From IMG/VR virus record IMGVR_UViG_3300011339_000326: a stretch of DNA of 64,000 bases, one strand, 5' to 3'. This document shows positions 27,550 through 37,788 of the stretch, in pieces. Positions within the stretch are counted from its first letter, which is position 1; each line of letters begins with the position of its first letter. Source of the DNA: an uncultured virus (IMG/VR IMGVR_UViG_3300011339_000326) (Duplodnaviria; Heunggongvirae; Uroviricota; Caudoviricetes). A model generated the notes under the pieces. The model was not told where the DNA came from. It worked only from the letters and a program-made list of their open reading frames with translations, and made no database searches. The position numbers and the translations under genes were made by a program.

Positions 27550-29645
27550 TACCTTCTGCCATCAGGACGGATGTCGATTCTTGGAGCGCCTAGCTGCCAC
27601 TGTGTGCCAAGGGTGTTTGAACTGATCTTCATTGACATCTGCCGCGCCCTAACCCGAATGTTCAGTTGTCCGTTGTAGGTATCTAGGTCAATGGGGTAGG
27701 TCTGGGTGGCTGTGACTGTGCCCTCTGCGCTGGCGCTGGTTCCACCGATTGACTTGGGGTTGTTATACCCAGAGCCAGAGTTTTGTAACGGCAGGAGTTG
27801 CATGGTCAAGCTAGGCGTTGTTCCGTCTGTAGAGCCGTTAAAGGTTAGGTCAGGCAGCATTCTCCAGACAAACGCAAAGTTGTGCCCGTCACCAATGTCA
27901 AACTGAGACGAGGTGATGAATGCGTTGATTGGGGTAAGCGTAGCTGCTGTTCCGTCATCTACACCCAGTTCGTGCTGGACAAGGTTGTTGCTGTATGTTG
28001 CTGCAACCGGGTAATCTTGGAGGCCGCTATCCAGCCATGCGGTTCGTGCCATAGTGCCGTAGTACCAGACATTCTCTACGTAGTTGAAGACCACATAGCT
28101 GTCGTTGGTCGTAGAACCGTTACTGGGGTAGAACCACCACACCTCGTTGAAACCCTCATTGGTAGCTGCATAAACTTGGTCAAACTGACTCCGGTCAATG
28201 TCGTTGTAGACATACCTGAGTAGGTCACAGTTGAGCGTTTGCAGCCGTCCGTCGTACTTGTAGAACTTGTCTACGCCCATCCAGTAAATAATCCCCGCTG
28301 CCAAAGCCACCGCATTGGGGCCAGCCAGAGATGTGTTGTCGGCCAGAAGTTGTGATCCCCAGACATACGGTGGGCCAAGGTACTGAAGGGAATACAGGGC
28401 AGCATCCGTAAACACCACAATCTCTTGCTTGCTTTGGATAGCGGTGATGATGGTCGAGCCGTGGGACAGCGTAATACTACCTGCCTGATTGGTGATTGCT
28501 GGTGCCCACTCCGTAACACTTTCTTGGTCAGACCAACGAATCAAGAGCGGATTGACGGACGTTGATCCAATGTCATTTGTCCCAAAGCACAGCACAAAAC
28601 GGCTGGCGTCAGAGACAAGGAAAAAGATTTGAGACAGAGGAACGCTGCTTGCCCCATTTAGCTGCGACACCAATACGCCACGGGGGGATATCGTGTGCGT
28701 ACCCGACTGACTGCCCGTAGTGATGATGAGCGCCCCGGTGGGGGTTAGAGACAGGTTGAACGTGCTAGAAGATACATACCGGGTGTAGTAAGTCGTACCC
28801 ACCAGCAGACCTGTGGGCAGTGCGCCAGTGGTCTCAAACACAATGGCGGTCAGATCAGGGATATTTATGGTAGAAGTGACAACGCAGGGGTTGGCAATTG
28901 TCATGCTAACGGTAGCCGCTTGGTAGCCGATAGTGGCGTCCCAGTAATACAGAGGTCCGTTCCTCGGGCCGTAGATCAGGTCTTCACCAAAGTTAAATTG
29001 GTTCCATATCCGCATAGCGTCCGAAGAAGTGGCGCTGTTCCCCCAAGTGCCAGAACCCCATGTGCCAGAACCCCAACCTACCAACGGTACAGCGTAAGGC
29101 GGGCCAGTATTGACTTGATAAACAGCGTAGACTGTCCCGCCACCCGTAGTTGTGGATGTTGCCGCAGATGCAGCGGTGATGGTGTATACGGTGGAACTGG
29201 AAGTTGTTATTTTGTATTCGCCGGAAATGGTCAGGCCACCAACAGCAGTAGCACCTGTAAACGTCACGAAATCGTTGTTGATGAAGCCGCCCGTGGCGTC
29301 CGTGACTGTGACTGTAGTAGAACCGTTGACTGTGGCAAACGGGTTGGTCAGCGTGCGGACAGTTTGGGTAGGCGTGATGTCATAGTACGCACCGCCGTTG
29401 AGTATGTAGAACTTGAGGTTTGTGCCAACCCCAATCAGGTTCTGAAAGGCAAAGGTGACCCAGTTCCACAATGAGCGGCAAACGCCCAAGAACGTGTTAG
29501 CAGATATGCGTACCCAGCCGCCTATCTTTTCAGGCGTACCTTGCCGAAACCGGACGTTATCCGACTCGTAATAGCCGCCCTCGTTCGTGTAGCGGGTGTT
29601 TTCACGATTTACTCCGGGCTTGAGTAGAATTTTCTGTAACGGCAT
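27549..29645 (-). CDS. Tail hub / DNA stabilization protein (P22 gp10 / tubular protein B-like)
   Basis: 698 aa, beta-rich; NVRF..G.PEKIGGW, IRWSDQE, EVWWFYP, DIRPDGRR. Confidence 0.75.
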   Translation of the reverse strand: MPLQKILLKPGVNRENTRYTNEGGYYESDNVRFRQGTPEKIGGWVRISANTFLGVCRSLWNWVTFAFQNLIGVGTNLKFYILNGGAYYDITPTQTVRTLTNPFATVNGSTTVTVTDATGGFINNDFVTFTGATAVGGLTISGEYKITTSSSTVYTITAASAATSTTTGGGTVYAVYQVNTGPPYAVPLVGWGSGTWGSGTWGNSATSSDAMRIWNQFNFGEDLIYGPRNGPLYYWDATIGYQAATVSMTIANPCVVTSTINIPDLTAIVFETTGALPTGLLVGTTYYTRYVSSSTFNLSLTPTGALIITTGSQSGTHTISPRGVLVSQLNGASSVPLSQIFFLVSDASRFVLCFGTNDIGSTSVNPLLIRWSDQESVTEWAPAITNQAGSITLSHGSTIITAIQSKQEIVVFTDAALYSLQYLGPPYVWGSQLLADNTSLAGPNAVALAAGIIYWMGVDKFYKYDGRLQTLNCDLLRYVYNDIDRSQFDQVYAATNEGFNEVWWFYPSNGSTTNDSYVVFNYVENVWYYGTMARTAWLDSGLQDYPVAATYSNNLVQHELGVDDGTAATLTPINAFITSSQFDIGDGHNFAFVWRMLPDLTFNGSTDGTTPSLTMQLLPLQNSGSGYNNPKSIGGTSASAEGTVTATQTYPIDLDTYNGQLNIRVRARQMSMKISSNTLGTQWQLGAPRIDIRPDGRR

Positions 29646-29653
29646 TTTTTACC

Positions 29654-30130
29654 CTAAGATAGGAACAGAGCGCGTTCATCGTTTCTGCGCTTGACTAGCC
29701 CCGGAAGGATTTTACCCCCGCCCCGTGTAAACTTCAAGAACTCGTCTGCCGCCGCTTCCACTTCACCCCGAAGAACCTTCTGACGGAGGGTTGATCGCTG
29801 TACGCCGCCCAAACCGAGATTAAAAGCAAAACTGACAAGAGCGTCGTTTTGACCTTGGGTAAGACCCACAGGAAAAAGTTTGGCGACCCCAACTTCAAAT
29901 CGGCGGAGATCAGCACCAAGGATTCCATCTACTTCGGCTCCTGAAAATACGCGGTTATCTTCCGCTTTAAGCGGGTAAGCGTCTCTTTGATCCAGAGGTA
30001 AACGACCCTGTTCGGGGTATAAAACGTGGCCTACGCCAACAGTGTGAAGACGCGCACTGCAAATATATGGCCGGTAACGGACGCCTTCCCAATGCTTGAT
30101 GAGTTGTATCCCCCGCGCCGATATCTTCAT
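29654..30130 (-). CDS. Endolysin, GH24 lysozyme
   Basis: IKHWEG...Y.C...TVGVGH, ALVSFAFNLG, LPGLVKRRNDE. Confidence 0.92.
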   Translation of the reverse strand: MKISARGIQLIKHWEGVRYRPYICSARLHTVGVGHVLYPEQGRLPLDQRDAYPLKAEDNRVFSGAEVDGILGADLRRFEVGVAKLFPVGLTQGQNDALVSFAFNLGLGGVQRSTLRQKVLRGEVEAAADEFLKFTRGGGKILPGLVKRRNDERALFLS

Positions 30131-30131
30131 C

Positions 30132-30160
30132 TTGCTATCCTATCAGTGTCATGCTACAAT
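30132..30160 (+). promoter_or_regulatory. Sigma70 promoter of the inserted HNH gene
   Basis: TTGCTA-17 bp-TACAAT with extended TGn. Confidence 0.75.
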
Positions 30161-30188
30161 ATGGACTCAACAATCCATAGGAACGGTC

Positions 30189-30749
30189 ATGAACCCGATG
30201 AAAGTTATTGAAAAAGGCGCTGTTTGGCTTGTCTATGCTGACGGCAGTATTTGGAATGAAGGCAGAGAAAGAATTACCAAACGCATTAGAAATGGAAAAG
30301 AACAGGCTTTTACAAGTCAGTTTCCATCGGTCAAACTGTCGCCGTTCTTGAGTCATTCTGGTTATCTTACTGTTGCTACCTTGACAAATGGCAAGCGCCC
30401 AAAAGTTTTTGTGCATCGTCTTATCGCAATGTGTTTTGTACCCGGTTACAGGCCGGGGCTTACTGTTAATCACATTAACGGTATAAAAACTGACAATAGA
30501 CCTGAAAATCTGGAGTGGGTTACTTTGGCAGAAAACACCAAACATGAATGGGCAACGGGCCTTGTTAATTTGCGGGGTGAAAACCAGCCTACTCACAAAC
30601 TTACGCAAAAACAAGTGATACACATCCGCAGGGCATTGCGACTTGGCGTCCCTGCCAATTCTTTGTCCATCATCGCCAACGTAAGCCCCTCCACCGTTCA
30701 CCTTATTGAAAAAGGGAAACGCTGGGCCAGTGTCTACGATACTGAGTGA
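30189..30749 (+). mobile_element. Free-standing HNH homing endonuclease inserted antisense in the lysis module
   Basis: VHRLIAMCF...VNHINGIKTDNRPENLEWVT..EN; C-terminal HTH-like region; AT-richer than flanks; opposite strand. Confidence 0.85.
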
Positions 30750-30754
30750 GACTT

Positions 30755-31246
30755 TCACTCCTTGCCGCCTTTAAACGCCCGACCCCCGAAATGAAAGCTG
30801 ATGATTGACGCAAAGATGATCTGAGTGTCAGCATCCCACAACTTGGTCAGCAGCACATCAAATGCTACCCCGTGGTTCCAAGCGTAGACAAACCCGCCAA
30901 TCTCGACAAAAGCAAACAGCAGAAAGAAGCCATACGTCAGCAAGGGGCGTACACCGGCCCGGAGGTTCACCATCCACTGTGATGCACCCTGACCTATTGC
31001 TATGTCATGTGCGTACAGTGCAGCGCGTTCTGATGCCTCTGCTTCAATAGCCTGCCCCTCTACCCTGATCCCCTCCACCCGCTGTTGAGCCTCAAAGCCT
31101 GCCTTACGTAGTTCAAGTTCACGCTCAGTCTGGAGCTTTGCCATCGTTAGTTCGTGGCTCTTGTCGGCGCGGTCTTGGAAAAACCCTAGCAGTTTAGGTA
31201 AACCACCGGCCAAGAAACTGATGAGTGTGGAGAATAGGGTTAGCAT
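30755..31246 (-). CDS. Holin-like protein (3TM holin type)
   Basis: Hydrophobic segments, D..HE, VRP..TY, F.FG.R; adjacent to the lysozyme. Confidence 0.7.
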   Translation of the reverse strand: MLTLFSTLISFLAGGLPKLLGFFQDRADKSHELTMAKLQTERELELRKAGFEAQQRVEGIRVEGQAIEAEASERAALYAHDIAIGQGASQWMVNLRAGVRPLLTYGFFLLFAFVEIGGFVYAWNHGVAFDVLLTKLWDADTQIIFASIISFHFGGRAFKGGKE

Positions 31247-31248
31247 AG

Positions 31249-31704
31249 TCAGCCTTTTAAGTCAAAACTTAGGTTTGCATGGCGGGGGTACTGAACGACA
31301 CGCTCACCCTCGGGGCATTTGTATTTGATGGTTGCCAACAGTGTGGCTGTGCCGGGTGCAATCTTTTCTTTTCTGACCATTGTCAATTGGTATGTAAACG
31401 TGTCAATTGTTGGCCCAGCGGGGCCACTGAACTTACTTGCGGTGGTCGTTGCCTCATGCACCATGCCTGCGGCATCCCTGATGCTGGGGGTAAAACTCTC
31501 CACCGAGCAGTCATCCCGCTTCTTGATTCTGGCCACCGTGACGTTGATAGGCTGTCCTGCCGCTGCGGTAATCTTAAAATGCTCTGGTGACCACTCAAGG
31601 ATAGCCCTGTCAAACCATCCAAACTTGTCTGCCAACGTGTACCCGCCGCCAATGGCTGCAATGCTGGCTGCGACTGCCCCGATGGTTTTGGTTACGTCGA
31701 TCAT
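31249..31704 (-). CDS. Hypothetical protein with an N-terminal hydrophobic segment (lysis module)
   Basis: ORF packed in the operon. Confidence 0.6.
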   Translation of the reverse strand: MIDVTKTIGAVAASIAAIGGGYTLADKFGWFDRAILEWSPEHFKITAAAGQPINVTVARIKKRDDCSVESFTPSIRDAAGMVHEATTTASKFSGPAGPTIDTFTYQLTMVRKEKIAPGTATLLATIKYKCPEGERVVQYPRHANLSFDLKG

Positions 31705-31706
31705 AG

Positions 31707-31916
31707 CTACCCCTTGCTAAACCAATGACTCAGGTAACCAACGATAGAGGAAACGGCAGAAATAAGTGCCATACCGACCCAGATACCGCCACGGCCCCTG
31801 TTAGCAAGAGCCAACAACTCTTCCATGCCAGCCTCTAGCTTGTCCACCTTTTTGTCAAGGTCTTGGACTTTTTGCCAGAGTACGCCGTACTTTACTGGGT
31901 CAATTTCCCCGCTCAT
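31707..31916 (-). CDS. Small coiled-coil plus TM protein (holin/XhlA-like)
   Basis: GGAG SD before ATG 31916; C-terminal TM helix. Confidence 0.65.
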   Translation of the reverse strand: MSGEIDPVKYGVLWQKVQDLDKKVDKLEAGMEELLALANRGRGGIWVGMALISAVSSIVGYLSHWFSKG

Positions 31917-31917
31917 A

Positions 31918-32067
31918 TCAATCTCCAAAGGTTGGCTCATCTGGAGTCACCGGGGGTTTTGCAGCCTCTTGAATGGCTTGAATCATCTGGAACACCTCTT
32001 GGTAGGGGCGGGTTCCAAGGTAGCCAAGGACTTGGTTTACCAACTCAACTGGTAGCTTGATGTTCAT
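31918..32067 (-). CDS. 49-aa protein MNIKLPVELVNQVLGYLGTRPYQEVFQMIQAIQ...
   Basis: Translated by hand; ATGA overlap with the upstream chaperone gene. Confidence 0.7.
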   Translation of the reverse strand: MNIKLPVELVNQVLGYLGTRPYQEVFQMIQAIQEAAKPPVTPDEPTFGD

Positions 32068-32564
32068 GGTGCGTCAGGCCAAGTAATAGTCCAAGGGAAG
32101 CCAGCCTGTGCGGTTACGTCACGCAGTGCTTGGCGGTAAGTTGCCCATGCAGTCTTGTCAACGGTAGCATCAGTGATCTGAGTCCAGTCGCAATCTTTGA
32201 GCTTGTCGTTGCGGCTGGTGCGTACAGAATTGGCTTGCTCTGCGTCCTTGCTGGCCTTGTATGCTGCCTCTTGCTCGGCAGCAGTCTGGGCGAGGGTTGT
32301 GTCCGTTGCTGCTGTGTCGGTAAAGGTAGGGCCAAGCACATACTTGGTGTACCACTTGCCATCAATCTGCTCAACCCCAGCCGCTTGGCTGAATTGGTAG
32401 ACCGTACCACCTGTAGCTTGTGGGCCTTCAAAGACAACATCAGCGCCTAAAGCCGTCAAGACCTCGGCTGTTGTTGTGTCCCAAGCTGGGCCACCATTGG
32501 CTTTTTGGTATGCACGAAACTCTGCTTCGTACATGACCTGACCGTCATTTGTTCTGATTTGCAT
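32064..32564 (-). CDS. Tail fibre assembly chaperone
   Basis: VR..RN.KL..CDWTQ..D...WATYRQALRDV..Q.GFPW.I.WP. Confidence 0.85.
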   Translation of the reverse strand: MQIRTNDGQVMYEAEFRAYQKANGGPAWDTTTAEVLTALGADVVFEGPQATGGTVYQFSQAAGVEQIDGKWYTKYVLGPTFTDTAATDTTLAQTAAEQEAAYKASKDAEQANSVRTSRNDKLKDCDWTQITDATVDKTAWATYRQALRDVTAQAGFPWTITWPDAP

Positions 32565-32573
32565 TGTGTTTCC

Positions 32574-34523
32574 TTATGCGATTGCCAAGAAGATGTAGGT
32601 TCCAGCATTCACGTTGATTGCCGCCAAGATGGCTGAGTTCAAAGCAAAGCCTGTTGTCACTGTGGTCACAGAGCCAAGCGTAGCCGTTTCAGCCGCTGTG
32701 CTGTTTAAAAGCAAATACGGGTCTGTCAGTGTAGTCATGCCTCGGGCTGTGTCGTAGGTATACCAGTCGCCTGTTGAGTCAGTGCGCTTGATGAGAACGA
32801 ACCTTGCCCCGCCTGTGAAGCCGCAGTCAATGGTCTGGGTTGTGCCGTTGCCTGTGTATGAGCCTACTTTGGAAACACCGGGGCAGGTTGCAAAAAGATA
32901 AGCAACAAAATTTTCAGATGTAATTCCGTTTGTTCCGCCTGCTGACGTTCCAACCGTAAAAACACTACTTGTAGGGGATGTAGAAGTCCAAGCCGAAGAC
33001 CCCGTACCAACAGCAGAAGTATCATTAAGAAATAATCTTGATGTATTTCCAAGCGATGCAGAATATACCCACCAATTGTTTGTAGCGGTAGTTCTGTTTT
33101 TAACAATCATTAACTCGGGGACAGCGCCAAGGTTATGTGATATCGACGGGCCTGTAGTATTTGTCCCAGCATAGCAAACCTCATCAAAGAAGCCGGGGGC
33201 GCGTTGAAACGCATAATCAACAAAATTTATTGTCCCACCTTGTGTCAAAATTTGATACTGAGATGATCCGGAACCTGTATTAAATTGAATATAATCAAAT
33301 GTTCCTTCAGCACTAGTTACATTGCTGTAAAGAGCTTTTGTATTTCCCCTTAAACGGTCTTCCCATGTAGGATATGAAAAAGTTGACCTTGACATATCAA
33401 CTACCAAATCTGGTGGGAAACCAGAACTTATTGTGCTTGTAGAGCCACTATCTGTACGAATAGTAGGTATAAACACCTTAGTCGCATCCGTAGGCACTTT
33501 CATCGGGCCACGGCGTATGGCTATGTAGATGTAGGGTGCTGATGCTTGAAGTTGGTTTGAAGATTTAAACCCTGTGCTTGTTGGTTCTAAATAAGAATCA
33601 AGACCTTCTGCAATGTTATAGTTTGCATATAGCAAGTTGCTATTGTTAGTGTTATTTCTTGTGAACCCTCGCATCGTATCGTTTATCGCCCAAGGTACGG
33701 CTATTGTCGAGGATTTTGATAGTATCCATTGGGGTTCATACCCAATATTAACATCACAACCCCCACTGGCATCAGTAGTAAAGCTCCCACACGTAATCAC
33801 ATTGTCCGTACCCGTCAGGCCAAAGCCGCCTGCGTTGTGGGCAAAGAGGTAGGCTACGTATGTGACTCCGGTATCGTTAACAATACCCCCGAACCCCGGC
33901 CCGTAAATATCAAAAGTAGTTGATGAGGTTTGAGAAGCAAAATTTTGCACGGCTCCACTAAAGGCTGCGGTTGTGTTCAAATATCCTTGAAGCGCATCTG
34001 TTGATCTGTGCCAAACAGCCCAATTCCCCGTTGCGCTTGTTGCTTTAACTATAATAAACCCCGGTACAGCGCCAAGGCTGTGTGAAATAGACCTGCTTGC
34101 TGCCCCATTCCCCGTATACGTCACAACATCAAAGAACTTTGGCTGCTCTCGGAATGTCCATGAGACGTAGGTTCCACCTGAATTGTTGTACCCACCAGCA
34201 GAACCAATGGTGTAGCCAGTAGTACCAAAACTTGTCAATCCAGTTGAATTTACAGATGATGCGCCCGTTGTATCTGAAGACATTTCATACGTTGCGCCTC
34301 TTGCCGTATCAACAAGGCGGTGACTAATACCAAGATACCTTGCCTTTGTCCAAACCAACCCACCCTTTGTAGACAGGTCAATGTTGTTGGTGATGGTCTG
34401 TGTAGCACCTGTACCCGTATAAACGTAGGTGCTCATGACGTCTTCTATATACGTAGGCACAACAGCCACACCGCCGCCAAAGCCGTCATAACTAGCCGCA
34501 CCACTTGTTGCTTGCAATGGCAT
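32574..34523 (-). CDS. Tail fibre / receptor-binding protein with repeated YTGNG modules
   Basis: Four related beta modules; upstream of the chaperone. Confidence 0.75.
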   Translation of the reverse strand: MPLQATSGAASYDGFGGGVAVVPTYIEDVMSTYVYTGTGATQTITNNIDLSTKGGLVWTKARYLGISHRLVDTARGATYEMSSDTTGASSVNSTGLTSFGTTGYTIGSAGGYNNSGGTYVSWTFREQPKFFDVVTYTGNGAASRSISHSLGAVPGFIIVKATSATGNWAVWHRSTDALQGYLNTTAAFSGAVQNFASQTSSTTFDIYGPGFGGIVNDTGVTYVAYLFAHNAGGFGLTGTDNVITCGSFTTDASGGCDVNIGYEPQWILSKSSTIAVPWAINDTMRGFTRNNTNNSNLLYANYNIAEGLDSYLEPTSTGFKSSNQLQASAPYIYIAIRRGPMKVPTDATKVFIPTIRTDSGSTSTISSGFPPDLVVDMSRSTFSYPTWEDRLRGNTKALYSNVTSAEGTFDYIQFNTGSGSSQYQILTQGGTINFVDYAFQRAPGFFDEVCYAGTNTTGPSISHNLGAVPELMIVKNRTTATNNWWVYSASLGNTSRLFLNDTSAVGTGSSAWTSTSPTSSVFTVGTSAGGTNGITSENFVAYLFATCPGVSKVGSYTGNGTTQTIDCGFTGGARFVLIKRTDSTGDWYTYDTARGMTTLTDPYLLLNSTAAETATLGSVTTVTTGFALNSAILAAINVNAGTYIFLAIA

Positions 34524-34526
34524 GGT

Positions 34527-35108
34527 TTACGCCTTGAATTGTGTAACTGAGGCAAGGATGGTGAAAGTCGCGCTGCCTGTCTTGATGATCAGGTAGCGGT
34601 ACGAATCAATGCCGCTGGCATTCCCCGCAGTAGGCGCACCGCCAAGCCAGCGAGTAGTCACGCCAGAAGTTGTGCCATCCACTTGCACGGCAGAGTTGTA
34701 GTAGGCAGTCGAGCCTTGGGTCACCAAGAAGGCCACGGTCATTGACTGGCCTGTGCTCATCAAAGTGTTCAGCGACGTACCAGATGAGCCTCTGAAGTTC
34801 ACCGTCCAGTTGGCACTTGCGTTGCTTGTGTAGTACAAGACAGACTGGGTGGTAATGTCATAGGCGATCGTGCCTGTAGCCGCTGTTGCCGATACTGTTG
34901 TTACCTCTGCCGCGTCGTTCAGGACAATGGCTGTGGCTGATGATGTGCCGCTGAATGTCTTTGTGCCTGTGGCGGTCTGGGCCGTAGACAGGCTTGCCAC
35001 ATCAGACAGGGTGTTGCTACCAAAAGCAATGGTCTTGTTGGTCAGGGTCTCGGTGCCAGTTGCCGTGACAAGGTTTGTTGGCGTGATGATTGCAGATAGG
35101 GTTGTCAT
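34527..35108 (-). CDS. Tail fibre-associated protein
   Basis: T/S/A-rich; TETLTNKT motif. Confidence 0.65.
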   Translation of the reverse strand: MTTLSAIITPTNLVTATGTETLTNKTIAFGSNTLSDVASLSTAQTATGTKTFSGTSSATAIVLNDAAEVTTVSATAATGTIAYDITTQSVLYYTSNASANWTVNFRGSSGTSLNTLMSTGQSMTVAFLVTQGSTAYYNSAVQVDGTTSGVTTRWLGGAPTAGNASGIDSYRYLIIKTGSATFTILASVTQFKA

Positions 35109-35111
35109 GGC

Positions 35112-35366
35112 TTACTCCGATTTAGGGTATTTTGCTTTGACCGCAAGACACGCATCAACGTATGCCTGCACCTGTGCTTGGTCACCCTTAACAATTGCGT
35201 CTAGGTAGTCTGCCATTGGCGGGTACTCAGCGGCTCGTTGACGTTGGTACTGTGTTTTAGCAAGTGCCGCTTGCTTGACTAACTCCTGCGCCTCTTCCGC
35301 ATCACGTTGCGCTTCTTCCTCTGCCGTGAACGGGACATTGCCTTCTGATGTTGCGTGGTATCTCAT
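35112..35366 (-). CDS. Small fibre chaperone-like protein
   Basis: YQRQRAAEYP...YLDAI...VKAKYPK. Confidence 0.7.
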   Translation of the reverse strand: MRYHATSEGNVPFTAEEEAQRDAEEAQELVKQAALAKTQYQRQRAAEYPPMADYLDAIVKGDQAQVQAYVDACLAVKAKYPKSE

Positions 35367-35375
35367 GTTGATTCC

Positions 35376-37034
35376 TTATTTGGCAATTCCGTAGAGTTTG
35401 AAGGTTCCGGTTAAATTTCCAGAAGATGAGAAAAATCGGACACCAGAAAGTACGCTGCTGCTATTAGCATAACCAAGTGTGCCGCCACCTTTGTTGTTGT
35501 ACAAAGCGTAAGCACCATTTGTATAAATGGATTTAGTTCCTGAATTATTTACAGCCAACAGAAACATTGACATGGAAAAATTGTCACCTATTGACCCGCC
35601 CAGACCAGACGCTGCAGAAAGTTGCAACGATGTGTCGCCCCCTAAAAATTCAGGAACATTTGTAGCCACACTTGTTGACCGTGTATCGGTGTTCCAATAA
35701 TAAATTGCTGATGTGTTATATGAACCGCCAAGTTTTAACCGACCCAATAAAGTGGTTGCAGATGAACTATTGAACAAACCCGAAACAGTAATCATGTAGT
35801 CGTCATAAGTCGACGAGAATCCCGTTTCTACATCCACAGTTCCTGATGCACTTGCGGTGACAGTGGAGAGTAATACAAGCGCACTAGCACCACCCGCTGC
35901 CGAACTTACCCAAGTCGTGCCGTTAGAAGTCAGCACATTGCCGTTGGTGCTAGGGGCTACAAAGGTGGGTGCTGATGTGCCGTTGCCAAGGATGACATTG
36001 TTGGCCGTGAGGGTGGTTAGGCTTGTTCCGCCATTGGCTACGGGGAGTGTGCCTGTCACGCCCGTACTGAGGGGCAGTCCTGTTGCATTGGTCAGCGTTC
36101 CGCTTGCCGGTGTGCCAAGAACCGGTGCAGTCAATACTGGGGCTGTCAGCGTCTTGTTGGTCAGGGTCTGTGTGCCGGTCAGCGTGACAGCCGTACCGCC
36201 GTTGCCGCCAATCTGTGCAAACACCTCCCAGCTTGCTGTACCAGAACTGTTGTAGACAAACTGAACAGACGCTCCGCTGATATCGCAAACCAAGTCCTGC
36301 GCTACATCAGCAATGTTGTTGCCGTTGCGCCCTACGGTGAGGTTGTTTGTCCCCCAAGTACCAGCCGCATCCGCAACAATGACTTGAGCGCCGTTAGTTG
36401 GAGATGCTGGCAGGGTGACAGTGAATGCCCCAGCAGTTGTGTTGGTCAGCACACCGTCATTGGCAACGGCTGTGTAAGTGGATGTTTTGGTGGTGGTGTA
36501 TGTGATGCCCCCTGCCGCTGGTGCGCTGGATACCCATGCGCTCCCCGTGCTTGTCAGCACGTTTCCAGATGCGCCTGATGCTGTTAATCCTGTACCGCCA
36601 GATGCCACCGGCAGCGCAGCGCCTAGAGTCAAAGCGGCAAAGTAGTTCTCGGCGGTTATGATGTCTGTGCCGTTGCTGACTAGGGCTATCTTTGCTGCGG
36701 CTGGGATGGACACCCCGGTCTGTCCTGTGACCTTGAATGTGATGGCAGATGCGGTGTTGTTAAAAACAAAGTACATCTTTGTCTTGGCTGTGGGGACTGC
36801 CACACTACCGCCGCCTGTGCCGTTAAGCTGGATGTAGATGCTCCGGGCTACCCCTGTTGTACCATCAGGGATGGTGATCGTGTCTGCACCCCCGGTGGCT
36901 GTGTACGCCTGATAGCCCAACGCTTCGTCAAGCATGTTGGTGATGTTGCTGTTTACAACTGTGCCCCAAGTACCCGACAACTCCCCCGTAACAGGTAGGG
37001 CCAGAGCCAGATTCGTGCTGTATGACGTTGCCAT
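35376..37034 (-). CDS. Tail fibre protein
   Basis: GTWG..VN anchor, LPVASGGTG / LPVANGGT repeats, TQTLTNKT. Confidence 0.75.
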   Translation of the reverse strand: MATSYSTNLALALPVTGELSGTWGTVVNSNITNMLDEALGYQAYTATGGADTITIPDGTTGVARSIYIQLNGTGGGSVAVPTAKTKMYFVFNNTASAITFKVTGQTGVSIPAAAKIALVSNGTDIITAENYFAALTLGAALPVASGGTGLTASGASGNVLTSTGSAWVSSAPAAGGITYTTTKTSTYTAVANDGVLTNTTAGAFTVTLPASPTNGAQVIVADAAGTWGTNNLTVGRNGNNIADVAQDLVCDISGASVQFVYNSSGTASWEVFAQIGGNGGTAVTLTGTQTLTNKTLTAPVLTAPVLGTPASGTLTNATGLPLSTGVTGTLPVANGGTSLTTLTANNVILGNGTSAPTFVAPSTNGNVLTSNGTTWVSSAAGGASALVLLSTVTASASGTVDVETGFSSTYDDYMITVSGLFNSSSATTLLGRLKLGGSYNTSAIYYWNTDTRSTSVATNVPEFLGGDTSLQLSAASGLGGSIGDNFSMSMFLLAVNNSGTKSIYTNGAYALYNNKGGGTLGYANSSSVLSGVRFFSSSGNLTGTFKLYGIAK

Positions 37035-37043
37035 TAATTTCTC

Positions 37044-37787
37044 CTAAGTCGTTGAAACAGCAGACCAGCTTGCTGTCTGCGTGTTACCGATATTCTGCCA
37101 GTTGGCGTTCTGCGTATCATCAATTACATCCCAAAACGGTCGCCCCGTCATGGCGTCTGTCCCGGTTGCCAACTCCACGATGGAAGCTACGAAGGCTGCT
37201 GCCGCTGTTAGCGTGTCTGCACTGACTGCCGTCTCTGCTACCGATACACCAAAACTCGCCGTTGTTACAACTGAATCTGTACCTGTCGCGCTTTCAGTTA
37301 CCGTCGAGTTAAGTGACCGTAACGAATCAACTGCATCTGCCCCTGTCGCTGTCTCCGTTATCGTCCCAAAGAACGTAAAGCTAGAATTTACCTCATCAGA
37401 CCCCGTTCCCGTCTCACTGATAACTGCGCTGTATGTCGGAACACTAACTACCGCATCTGATCCTGTCGCTGTCTCCGCTACTGTTGCGGGGTACGTTGGT
37501 ACAGATGTAATTACATCACTACCTGTTGCCGTTTCAGTGACCGCTGCTCCCGACCCTTGCGCCGCGACAACATCATCTGTGCCTGTTGCCGTCTCCGTAA
37601 CCGCCGCGCTAACGCCAACTAGACTTGTTACTGCGTCTGCCCCTGTCCCAGTTTCACTAACCGAGGCTAGTAAACTTGCTAACGCTGCTACCGCATCCGA
37701 CCCCGTGGCAGTTTCGTCAATGGAAGAATCGTAGCCAGAACCACCCCAGCCTGATATCCCCCATCCACCGGAACCCCACCCGGCCAT
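37044..37787 (-). CDS. Virion protein with ~19-aa ETATGxD repeats
   Basis: About 11 periodic V.ETATG.D.V units; GWG N-terminus. Confidence 0.7.
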   Translation of the reverse strand: MAGWGSGGWGISGWGGSGYDSSIDETATGSDAVAALASLLASVSETGTGADAVTSLVGVSAAVTETATGTDDVVAAQGSGAAVTETATGSDVITSVPTYPATVAETATGSDAVVSVPTYSAVISETGTGSDEVNSSFTFFGTITETATGADAVDSLRSLNSTVTESATGTDSVVTTASFGVSVAETAVSADTLTAAAAFVASIVELATGTDAMTGRPFWDVIDDTQNANWQNIGNTQTASWSAVSTT

Positions 37788-37788
37788 A

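Noticed and set aside
32574..37787. Diversity-generating retroelement or invertible tail-fibre system
   Set aside because: No reverse transcriptase, invertase or TR/VR pair with adenine-specific mismatches was seen.
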